Of a DNA stretch of 64,000 bases, positions 1 to 10,800 are shown in pieces. The first letter of the stretch is position 1; the number at the start of each line of letters is the position of its first letter. The position numbers and the translations under genes are program-made. The notes under the pieces were generated by a model, which saw nothing but the letters and a program-made list of their open reading frames with translations, ran no database searches and had not been told where the DNA came from. The DNA lies in contig JBDOQK010000015.1 of the NCBI GenBank assembly GCA_040437565.1, forward strand, positions 434,001-498,000. The letters are read 5' to 3'. The stretch comes from Albugo candida (taxonomy: Eukaryota).

Positions 1-301
1 AGTTTGCTAAACACGTTGATTCACTCGGACGGATGCGAATAGCTCAACCACATGCGTTACAAGATGTGGTATGTGCACGCATTCTGTCTACTTTAGGCCG
101 CCATGATGCAAACACTAAGCCATTCCTATCCACGCCCACGTTTTCCGTATCAATACGTGTATCAGTGTAGTATTTCCGTCGTGTTAGATGTTTTAGAAGC
201 TTTCTCCTCGTGTTAGAAGCCCCGGAAACCCTGGTTAGGAGCCGTAAGCAGCTGGAAGCTACGATGTCGGATGGAAAAAGACCGTCACGATCTCGATCGT
301 A

Positions 302-2320
302 ATGCTATTGGCTGAAAATAGCTGGTTTTGTTTCATGCGCGCGACGACGACATTTCTTTTAAATGAATGCTTGGAAGCCTTGCAATGTTCTGAAAATGGT
401 AGCAACAGGAGACTGATGGAGGAATTTGAAACTCAGGGAACAGAAGATAGTGCTTTTGACCTTTCTTCACAAAGTAGAATACTTGCAGAACGCGAGAAAG
501 TCGTTGTCATTGAATCCGTGAATCAACAAAATGACTCGCTGAATATCATCGACGGTCAGTTTTCGATCCATGCAAGATTGGATTCTGAACTGAAAGGCTC
601 TCTACTTGAAAAGGAAAAGTTTACATCATTGTCACGATTAAGAGGAAGCGTCGTGCGATTAGATCGTTACGTTTTTCTGACGACCTATCAGTGCAATAAA
701 CTGCTCAATAATAGAAGCACCGGAAGTGGTAATTGTATATGCTTATGGATTGAGAAGATGACAGTTGTAGAGACTTCTGGACTGGTAGTCGATCCTTTGT
801 CAAATGTAACACAGCATTCGGTCGTACAAAGCCGAATCAATGAGTTATTCGAAAGCGGTCAACTGATGCAAACACTTGTCAAATCGCAGATTCTGGATGA
901 CAGGTATCTATTTCATGATCAAGATCATCAGCCTCAAGAAGCTGAGTGTATCATCCCTGAGGATCAAGAAGCCAAACTCCAAGGACAAGAAGGATGGGAC
1001 ACCCAGGCTCCAAAGATCACTGATTCGGAGCTAATTGCCGAAAATGAACCCATTGTATCTGGTGCAAGTGCTGTTGGAGCACTTACTAGTCAAGATTTCT
1101 ATTTTGAGCAAGAAGACATTAATTGTAACTTCATTCCATGCGGCGATGTTGATAGCGATGCCGCATTACAAGCACTATCAGATCAGACCGAAGAGAAGTT
1201 CGAGAAGATTGATGTTATTGAGATGTCAGAGGTGTCAATGGATCCGAGCATACCTGTAGCGACGTCTGGACTGTACAATGATTTTGTTGGAGAGAATGAT
1301 GGGCAATCAAAGAAGATGGAGTCGTCCTTGGAGGGAAGAATAGACGAAGCTACATTAAACAAGATCTCTTCGATTGACATAATGAGCGTAGAAGCCGTAC
1401 CTATTGACAGAGACGAATCTGACCAAGTGGTTGATGTCAGTAATGAAACTCTGCTGAACACGTCGGAAAGCAANNNNNNNNNNNNNNNNNNNNNNNNNNN
1501 NNNNNNNNNNNNNNNNNNNNNNNNNNNNNNNNNNNNNNNNNNNNNNNNNNNNNNNNNNNNNNNNNNNNNNNNNTCCTTGGAGGGAAGAATAGACGAAGGT
1601 ACATTAAACAAGATCTCTTCGATTGACATAATGAGCGTAGAAGCCGTACCTATTGACAGAGACGAATCTGACCAAGTGGTTGATGTCAGTAATGAAACTC
1701 TGCTGAACACGTCGGAAAGCAAAGAAAGATTGCAAACTTCTCACGAATGCGATGAAGGTCAGTGGTATCCGGATGACCAGATTCCGGACGATACAATTCT
1801 TAGTAGCAACGAAAAGATCCCTGTGAATCTCTCACCTGTGCGTGAAAAGTCAATTCACCATGAACTCAAACCGACAATTCGAGTGACGAACACCTCGCCG
1901 TTTGAGGAAACTCCAAAACGTTTATCTAAAAATTCGCGAAAAACTGGCATTCGGACAGAAGACACAAGCGCCATTAAAGCCATTCCAAGCCCACAGAGAA
2001 CCACACAGGAAACCAAGCATTGTCACACTGATCGTTCACAGAACGAAAAAAGCAAACGACGAAAGGAAAAAGTTGCATTCCCGAGAACCACAACAAGATT
2101 AGTAGGAAAAAGTCGACTGCGACCCATGACGAAGACAAAGAAAGCAGAGGAGGACGTACCTTTTGATTCAGAGTGTACGCCGAGTTTGGATTATCGCAAA
2201 CGTCTATCGTTCTTTTCTTCCAAGAATGGACACATACGACCTTCCAAGCGATACAAGCATCTGTTCCCGCCATTCAACATAGAGGCGTTAAAGGGTATGT
2301 TGGCCCGGCCGGTGCCTTAA
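302..2320 (+). CDS. Hypothetical protein: N-terminal OB-fold-like domain (TPP1/Est3- or RPA70N-like) followed by a long acidic/basic disordered region
   Basis: 672-codon ORF, inflated by the gap at 1474-1573 and its duplicated flank. The segment LNIIDGQFSIHARLD...LRGSVVRLDRYVF resembles OB-fold beta strands. Start codon uncertain. Confidence 0.7.
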   Translation: MLLAENSWFCFMRATTTFLLNECLEALQCSENGSNRRLMEEFETQGTEDSAFDLSSQSRILAEREKVVVIESVNQQNDSLNIIDGQFSIHARLDSELKGSLLEKEKFTSLSRLRGSVVRLDRYVFLTTYQCNKLLNNRSTGSGNCICLWIEKMTVVETSGLVVDPLSNVTQHSVVQSRINELFESGQLMQTLVKSQILDDRYLFHDQDHQPQEAECIIPEDQEAKLQGQEGWDTQAPKITDSELIAENEPIVSGASAVGALTSQDFYFEQEDINCNFIPCGDVDSDAALQALSDQTEEKFEKIDVIEMSEVSMDPSIPVATSGLYNDFVGENDGQSKKMESSLEGRIDEATLNKISSIDIMSVEAVPIDRDESDQVVDVSNETLLNTSESXXXXXXXXXXXXXXXXXXXXXXXXXXXXXXXXXXSLEGRIDEGTLNKISSIDIMSVEAVPIDRDESDQVVDVSNETLLNTSESKERLQTSHECDEGQWYPDDQIPDDTILSSNEKIPVNLSPVREKSIHHELKPTIRVTNTSPFEETPKRLSKNSRKTGIRTEDTSAIKAIPSPQRTTQETKHCHTDRSQNEKSKRRKEKVAFPRTTTRLVGKSRLRPMTKTKKAEEDVPFDSECTPSLDYRKRLSFFSSKNGHIRPSKRYKHLFPPFNIEALKGMLARPVP

Positions 2321-2394
2321 GATATGCATTGTCTCGGCCATTTCTCCAGAAAAGTATACAAATTATCTTACTTCACCTTCGCGCGACATTTGTC

Positions 2395-2937
2395 ATGAAG
2401 GAATCGTTTGCTCTGTTTGCGTCTTTGATTTATGCGGCTGCGCTTATTCTCTCACTTCAAATAATGAAGTACCGCTACCACTCTCGCATCCTGCTGGCAC
2501 TTTTGATGTTGACGATTCACATTTATTTTTTGGACTTGTGCCACGAGTTACATGCGCTCGTTTCCCTCTTACTATGTCATATTGGAAATTGTTTATGGAA
2601 AATCAGACATCCGAATCATCTGTACTCCATTTGCTTGCAGTTCTCTGCTAGAAGCCTACAGCGAAGAATATCCGTGTCAATGTCACAAGCCTTTCCTCAG
2701 ACGATACATTATTTTATTCCCATTTTGCTGTTTGTTTATCAGTTTTATGTCGAGACAATGTTGCTCGTTATTTTCACGTCATCCAATCGGTTAAAATGTT
2801 TGCCCTCTGCTCATCACATCTACCAGTCCGAAGGAATCGTGCGATTTTTGCAAGTAGTGTTGGAGTACAGCATCATATCGCCTTATTTATTGCAGCCGAT
2901 TATAAGGTACTGGAGAACATCAGTGAGGAGTGAATGA
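2395..2937 (+). CDS. Hypothetical small membrane protein (180 aa)
   Basis: ATG at 2395 within the 2173..2937 open frame. Several hydrophobic stretches (FALFASLIYAAALILSL; ILLALLMLTIHIYFL; YFIPILLFVYQFYV). It fills the space between neighbours without overlap. No family recognised. Confidence 0.45.
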   Translation: MKESFALFASLIYAAALILSLQIMKYRYHSRILLALLMLTIHIYFLDLCHELHALVSLLLCHIGNCLWKIRHPNHLYSICLQFSARSLQRRISVSMSQAFPQTIHYFIPILLFVYQFYVETMLLVIFTSSNRLKCLPSAHHIYQSEGIVRFLQVVLEYSIISPYLLQPIIRYWRTSVRSE

Positions 2938-3024
2938 TCAAGGACGCGCTAGATCGATGCAAAAGTATGTACTGCCGGGTTTAACGAAATGAAAATGCGC
3001 TGTTAGGTCTATACTTTGTTTGGC

Positions 3025-3830
3025 TTATTCATTCGGACTCGTTGGTCGCGATTTGTAAAGATATATCAATACTCCAATCATCGCTACGCTGAGGGAGACA
3101 CAAAATATAAGAGTACTGGCATTCCATCGTTGAAGATTCGCTTGGGGAGCAGTGGGCTTTTTACAAGACGTGTCATTGGAATTTTCCACATTGTTTGACC
3201 TAATGGAATTAGCCTGCAACTTTGTAGATTCTGCTAGCTGGTTACGATACTTTTCGACAAGATTTGGAAATAGTTTTCGAAATACTGGACTAGAGCAATT
3301 GAATTCTAAAGAATTGGCAGCATATCGGCGTTTCTACAAAGATAATGAATAACAATCAATCGATACGACTGTTTTTACCTGTGCCTCTGAAGTAACTATA
3401 CTTCCCAAAGTCGACTGACTCTCTAGCTATGATCCGAGGAAGAGCATTGGTTGCGTTGGTTTTGAATAAAGAGCATCTAACTTACCATGAATGAATACAA
3501 GCCTGTGAGAATAGAGCTAACTGACCACATTGGGTTCCACGTTTCTGGATGAAAATCTGACATACTCAAACAAAGTCTCTGATTCGTCTTGAAGCGTCCA
3601 TTTGGTGTCAGCATTAAAACAGAAGGTGGCTTCATCGGATATTCCGGTGGAAACCTCAGAATCCCGTGATAAAAGCCGCCTTCGTAACAACTGTCATTAG
3701 TTCCAATAATGACATAATGCCACTCTAGAATATTCGAATGCAATGGTGCTGCGACGATGTTTTCAATGGATTTCCGTTGAATTGCCATGTATTCTTTTCG
3801 TAGACGCTTTGTCGCCAGGAATGATGCCAT
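3025..3830 (-). CDS. UBE2J2: Tail-anchored ubiquitin-conjugating enzyme E2 (UBE2J/Ubc6 family), 3 exons
   Basis: Motifs ATKRLRKEY, WHYVI, YPMKPP and TPNGRF..RLCLSMSDFHPETWNPMWSVSSILTGLYSFM. GT-AG introns 3485-3427 and 3378-3334 splice in frame (LESQSTLGSIVTSEAQ; KRRYAANSLEFN...) to a C-terminal TM helix (LIFCVSLSVAMIGVLIYLY). Confidence 0.95.
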
Positions 3831-3905
3831 TTTGAGCTGATCGATAAGTGCGGCCGTAATAAACACAACTTAAGCTTAAGTAGTTTACTGATTTTAAATC
3901 TGAGA

Positions 3906-6900
3906 ATGCAGCGCTTACGTGAATGGTCTCAAGATGTGAAGTACGAACACAAATTTAGCGAAATTCGACTCAAAGTCGACAAAAGGGTGCATTCTGTATC
4001 ATCTTCCTTCAATGACAATTCCATTGAAGACGAAAAAGTAAGTCTACCGGTGTTTAATGCATGCAGTCTGGATACAAATCGAGTAGCTATGAATGTTGGT
4101 GGACCCATTTGGGCAATGGATTGGCATCCTGCTACCGCTACACAACCAAAACGGAACGTCACATACCTCTCTATTGCCGCACATCCTCCCTGTTCCATAC
4201 GCAACGATCAAATCATTAGCGAGGAAGCACCGGATCATCATTATGGGGAACAAAGAGGGGGACCCGGATTGATCCAGATATGGGCTGTCAGCACGGATTT
4301 ATCACTTCCTTATTTGATGTATGCAATTGCACACAATGGTGGAGCTGTATGGGGCTTGAAATGGTGTCCACAAGAGTGTAAAGGAATGGGAGGAATCGGA
4401 ATGCTGGCGGCTTGTTTTGGGGATGGAACGGTACAGGTGTTTCATGTCCCTAGGCACGAATTCTCCCAATCACAAGAAAGACCCTGTGTAGAGAGACTTG
4501 AACCAGTAATATGCGGAAAGCTCCAAAAAGTCGTACAAATGTGTCTCAATTGGTCGCCGCATTCAGCCAATCAACTTCTCACTGGTGGCTCGGACGGTAA
4601 GCGATTCCTTACGGCGGCCTGGATGCATCTTGAGGTCGCTCTTCCTGGCGTAGGCTCCATTGCTCTGTGGGATCTCGCAAATGCGTATGAGGTATTGCAT
4701 GAGGACGACAAAACAAGCATTCCGATAGACGTGAAACCACAGCGACATTTTCAAGACTGTAAGCAAAAGCAGCAGTGAAATGCGCGTTTTCTTCATTAAA
4801 GTTTTTATTTGGCAGCGGATACCATCACCAAACTGGATACATCTGATTGGGGATCAGGCTGGGTCGCTCTACGGGATGTAGCTTGGTCACCTTATGATCC
4901 ATACATTTTTGCAACGACGGGAAACGTAGGTGGAATACAGGCCTTTACAGCGCATCATCTTACCAAGTCGCTTGTTAGGACTCCTGTATCAAAATTTGGG
5001 ACATCCGTGAAACTCGAATCCCATTTCGAACGCATCGACTGCGGTCCACATGGGGACTGTCTTTACATTGGTTTGATGAGCGTTCCGTTTACGTCGCTGG
5101 AGATCAAGGCCCAATCCATTGCTACGATATATTTGCTGGAAGCTTCAAAACTCAGTATTCACATCCACAAGCGGACTCTCCTATTTGGGACATGAAGCTT
5201 GTTCAGCACTCAACGGTCCCCCTTATATTTTCATGCTGTGCTGCTGGCGTCGTTCGTGTTGGACCTACAAAAATGCGCATCCGTGGACCATCTCAAGCAG
5301 TGGATCTCTGTCGGCTATCAGTGATCTCAGAGGTTGAGGAAGAGTTTACTGGAAGCAAAGTGAAGCATCTTCATGTCGATATGCGTGAGATCCTTGGTAA
5401 TGGGCAAGATGAGAAAGGATCGAAAGCGAAACGTGAGTTCTGCCCACGGGAAGTTGCCCTCCATCGTATCAGCTGTAGTAGTTGCGATCATGACGTATTT
5501 GACGGTGCTCCTTGTTTCCTTGCGTTTGGCGGACACTCGGGGCTGCTACTTATTTACAATATGCAAGATGATATGCCTGAAATGCTCGAACAATTGTTAC
5601 CCAAATCCAAGAAACGTGGTCGCTCAACTATAAAGAAGGGTAGAGGTAGAGGATCTGCATCTACCAAGAAACGGGCTACAATGAAGCGTACAGCCAGTAT
5701 GTCTGCAACGAGTAAGAGGTCTGGTAGAAAGACTGTTCAAAAAGAGGCCCAAGAAGATGACCTGGATATTACGAAGGAACCCTGTTTTCAAATTGCTCAA
5801 TCGGAACTTATCGAAGAGCTTGGTAGCTTCACAGTTGAGAAGGAGACAACGAGTGTGTCTATTTCTGATGGAGGGATTGATGATGAGGTGACTACGACCA
5901 AGAGCAGGCCTGTTTTCAAATTGCTCAATCGGAACTTATCGAAGAGCTTGGTAGCTTCACAGTTGAGAAGGAGACAACGAGTGTGTCTATTTCTGATGGA
6001 GGGATTGATGATGAGGTGACTACGACCAAGAGCAGGCCTGTTTTCAAATTGCTCAATCGGAACTTATCGAAGAGCTTGGTAGCTTCACAGTTGAGAAGGA
6101 GACAACGAGTGTGTCTATTTCTGATGGAGGGATTGATGATGAGGTGACTACGACCAAGAGCAGGCCTGTTTTCAAATTGCTCAATCGGAACTTATCGAAG
6201 AGCTTGGTAGCTTCACAGTTGAGAAGGAGACAACGAGTGTGTCTATTTCTGATGGAGGGATTGATGATGAGGTGACTACGACCAAGAGCAGGCCTGTTTT
6301 CAAATTGCTCAATCGGAACTTATCGAAGAGCTTGGTAGCTTCACAGTTGAGAAGGAGACAACGAGTGTGTCTATTTCTGATGGAGGGATTGATGATGAGG
6401 TGACTACGACCAAGAGCAGGCCTGTTTTCAAATTGCTCAATCGGAACTTATCGAAGAGCTTGGTAGCTTCACAGTTGAGAAGGAGACAACGAGTGTGTCT
6501 ATTTCTGATGGAGGGATTGATGATGAGGTGACTACGACCANNNNNNNNNNNNNNNNNNNNNNNNNNNNNNNNNNNNNNNNNNNNNNNNNNNNNNNNNNNN
6601 NNNNNNNNNNNNNNNNNNNNNNNNNNNNNNNNNNNNNNNNCCTGTTTTCAAATTGCTCAATCGGAACTTATCGAAGAGCTTGGTAGCTTCACAGTTGAGA
6701 AGGAGACAACGAGTGTGTCTATTTCTGATGGAGGGATTGATGATGAGGTGACTACGACCAAGAGCAGGCCTGTTTTCAAATTGCTCAATCGGAACTTATC
6801 GAAGAGCTTGGTAGCTTCACAGTTGAGAAGGAGACAACGAGTGTGTCTATTTCTGATGGAGGGATTGATGATGAGGTGACTACGACCAAGAGCAGGCCTG

Positions 6901-7575
6901 TTTTCAAATTGCTCAATCGGAACTTATCGAAGAGCTTGGTAGCTTCACAGTTGAGAAGGAGACAACGAGTGTGTCTATTTCTGATGGAGGGATTGATGAT
7001 GAGGTGACTACGACCAAGAGCAGGCCTGTTTTCAAATTGCTCAATCGGAACTTATCGAAGAGCTTGGTAGCTTCACAGTTGAGAAGGAGACAACGAGTGT
7101 GTCTATTTCTGATGGAGGGATTGATGATGAGGTGACTACGACCAAGGAACCCTGTTTTCAAATTGCTCAATCGGAACTTATCGAAGAGCTTGGTAGCTTC
7201 ACAGTTGAGAAGGAGACAACGAGTGTGTCTATTTCTGATGGAGGGATTGATGATGAGGTGACTACGACCAAGAGCAGGATAGAGAAAGACCGCCAGAACG
7301 ATCAGCACAGAGTTAGCCTAACTGTAAAACTGAAGCATCTTGAAGCACCGACTATGAAAACTGGGAAACGCAGAGGACGTCCAAGGTCCAAGGTTACCTC
7401 AACGGCGAAAGGATCGTTGGATGGATGGCTCTTGAAAGACGTCAAGAAAATCAGTGAAGCACCAGATACCACTACGAACACGTCTGATAAGTTGCCTTCA
7501 CAAGTTACGACCGCTGTGACGAGAAGTTCCGCTAGACTCAAATCGATACGGTCGACGACTGATGTCAAAGAGTGA
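3906..7575 (+). CDS. GTF3C2: WD40 protein, TFIIIC subunit 2 (TFIIIC110/Tfc6-like), with an internal tandem repeat and a C-terminal AT-hook
   Basis: Motifs NVGGPIWAMDW, GLIQIW, AHNGGAVWGLKWCP and GMLAACFGDGTVQVF. Introns near 4597-4653, 4759-4815 and 4926-4978 join the track ORFs in frame. AT-hook KRRGRPRSK near 7366-7392. The repeat array breaks the frame as assembled. Confidence 0.75.
5781..7278 (+). repeat. Tandem array, at least 11 copies of a 128/126-bp unit
   Basis: Units start at 5781, 5909, 6037, 6165, 6293, 6421, (gap 6541-6640), 6641, 6769, 6897, 7025 and 7151. The period is 128 bp except 7025-7150, which is 126 bp and encodes 42 aa in frame. Copies look identical. Confidence 0.97.
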
Positions 7576-7825
7576 TCTCCGAGGGCGCAAGAATCGTTGC
7601 GATCGATCCATTGAACTCAACGCAGACTGTCAATATAATAGGAGTTGACAATTTTATCGCTTATTGGGACTGCTATTACATAGCCTCAGCCATGTCGGAC
7701 ACACACAAAAGCCCATGCAGGGTCATATACTCACAGGACAATCGGTTGAGGCTTTTGTAAGTGTCATCAGACTTGCTTCCTGGACTCAAGATCCATTGCT
7801 GGATACTCTGACAACTCAAAGTATC

Positions 7826-10800
7826 TCACCAGCCGAGAGGCTCTTCCCTGGATGCGAATGGATTTAATAAGCTCATTTCGTCTTCTTCTTCCATTTCCAT
7901 GGAATGAAGCCTCGGACTGTCCATATCCGCCGGAATAGAACGCGGAACCGCAAGAGGCTTTGGCGACTGGAGGCTCTTTTGTGGGCCGAAGATAGACATT
8001 ACGCTTCCAAGCACGCTGGTCTCCTGTGCTTTCTTGGTCATTGACTTTGTGACCTTATCATTTTCCTCATGGCTGAAGCATTATGGTCAATTTAGCAATC
8101 ATCAACGAGCCACAAACACAATTCACTCACTTGAACTTTAAAATGGTTGCCAGCACCGGAATCAGACGTTCACGCTCACTTTGATTCTGACTTGACAGGT
8201 ATTTGATCACTATATTTCTCAAGTACTAAAGTAGAGCAAACATCAGAACACGCAATCTCGGCAATGAATCGTAATACCTCTACGTTCACGACGTTGAGGT
8301 CCTTTCGATACACTTCCTGCTTGGTTTGTACGACAGAAGACTCGATATGCTGCAAAAGCCACATTGTAGCTCAATCTGTTTTCATTGGCAATGGGCACGA
8401 CATACCTCTTCCTTGTACTTGTCCGATATCGCTATAAGGTGAGGTTGAACGCCCTGTCCCTGTTGCACAGTAAATCGGTCAAGAACGAGGATCGACTCCT
8501 GGAAGCATGTGTGCACTTACCGGGTCTGGTTGTGCGTCATCGCCTGTTCCTGCAGCAATCAATGGATCATTTCCCGCCAACTTGGGATTGTCGGAGAAAT
8601 CTCGAGCTTCCGCTATTGGACACTCTATGTGTGCAGTTTGATGATTATTATCCTCGTTTTGTGGGTCAGGAGAGGTCTCGATTTGGATTGCTGTAAGTTC
8701 TTGCTTGCTTTCCCTTAGTTCTTGGACTAGTGCTTGATTCTCATCGCTCTTTGCCTGGACGATTTGGTTGATATGGAAGAGATCAGAGTCATGTGCCGAT
8801 TGTAATGCTTTGATTTCCTCAGCAGCGGTCAGATTTGCCAATTGAAGCGCTTCGATCTGTCGTTCCAAATTAGTTATTTGCTCTTCTTTGGATTGACTCA
8901 AACGCAAGTCTTCCGATTGACGTGTATTGATATCTTCCAGCGACCGCAATTCCTCGTCTTTCGATATGAAGTCAAGCTTTTTTTCTTCGTACTTTGTATT
9001 GATGCATTCCACGGCCTTTTTGGCGGCGTGGAGCTCTTCCTCCAGGCTCCTGATCCTCGCTTGTGACTCCATCAACTGCTCCTCCGTTTCGGTCACTCGC
9101 TTTAATGCGTCACGAAGCGATTCTCTCGTCTCTTTGGTCGCTTTCTTCAGAGCAGTATGTGCGCGTTTTTTATACGAATCCAATGCTTCACGTGCAGCTT
9201 CAGCGCCTTGAGCTTCCTTGTCAAGTTTTGCCAGCATTTGGTCTCTTTCTATCCGCATCGCATCATGCTCTCGTTTTTGAGCCTCTGCACTCGCGCGTTG
9301 AGTCTCATTGCTTTGGTGAATCTTTGTTTGTAGCTTCACCAATTCTATCTCCTTTTCTTCCTTCTCCACACAAATTCCTTTCCGCTGCGCTCGAAATACT
9401 TCCCACTCTTCCTTTTGCAGCAAAAATGTTTCCATTGCACGTCGATCGCATTCTTCGAGTCGAAATGAAAACTCGTCATTTAGGCGACATAAAGTATCGA
9501 ATTCTTCCTTCCAGCGCCTTTCCCGATCCAAATGATTTGATTGTTGCGTTAGGAAGAGCTGCTGAGATTCCTCGAGTTTGCATTTGGCTTCATCGAGCTC
9601 TTCATGCTGCATTTGTGCTTGATTCTCTATTTGAATGATCTTCTCCTTTGCTCGATCCAATGCTTCCTTCATTTCGGCTTGCTGTCTATCGATGTTGTTC
9701 TGAAGGTCGATAGCGTGCTTCCTTTTCATGTCATTCAGCAAAGCTTTCAATCGCTTGCAAATAACGGCGAGCTCTTCGATCTTTGTTTTTTGCTCCGTAA
9801 TGATACCATTTCTCGTCTCCAATTGCTCGGAAGTGATCTCACAATGACTTTTTACCTCTTCGTATTTTTCCTGCAGCAGCGCCATTTCTGAAACAAGTCG
9901 ATTCTGGTCTTCATTACGTTGTTGTGAGCTTGCTTGCGCCTGTTCTCTGAGCTCACAGCAAAGTACTTTGTGCTCCTCTTGATCCTGTTTGTATTGATTC
10001 TTGATCGCCATAAGCTCATTTGATCGCTCTTTCAGCTGACATTCCATCGCTTCGACATCCATTTTGGACACGGCGGCCACATCTGCCGCTTTAGCTACTT
10101 CGAAAACCATTCGAACATTTTCCGCCTTTATCGCTTCCACTTCAGTCTGCCTTCTGCTCCATTCGATCCTATTCGCCTGATGCTCGCGGACGTCGATTTG
10201 CCATTGCTCCATGCTGTCTCTCATTTTTTCTTCAAGTGTTTGGTTTTGCAGAGTTAGCTTTACAAGTTTTTTTTCGGTCTTTTGCAATTGCATGAGAATA
10301 TCTTCCTTTTCATTACGTTCTATCATCAAGTTTTGATTCAGTGTCTCAATCTCAATCTCAAAACGTTCCGATTTACAGTCGGACGATCCGATCCCCTCAG
10401 TCGCTGATGTTAATCGTTCCCGGAGCCTTTCAGTTGACTTGGAAATCGCACTCATTTTGGCTTCATACTCTTCGGCATTACGCAAGTTTTCGCGAACTTC
10501 TTCCAGAATGCTGACACAATCAATTTTGGGCGATCCTTCACGTGTGCTCAACTCTGTCTCCTCTACTCCCTTTGACTCTTCTAAAGCTTGATTGATTCCA
10601 GGAAGCGTTTGTAATTGTGTTTCGATACTCGCAATCTGATGAGCATACGATGTTGCTTGATCCTGAGCCTCAATCAGTTGTACGGATAGAATCCTTGTTG
10701 TGGCATCCTGTTTCTTCATCAACTCATTCATCTTACTCGAAGATTTCCGATATTTCTCATCGATAAGTATCAATATACGATCTCTGTCGTCCATGAGCTT

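Noticed and set aside
2173-2394. 5' part of the 254-aa ORF overlapping the upstream gene
   Set aside because: It starts at a non-ATG codon and overlaps the previous CDS in another frame; ATG 2395 is the plausible start.
5781-7278. CRISPR-like array
   Set aside because: Units are contiguous and identical with no unique spacers; the context is eukaryotic and there are no cas genes.
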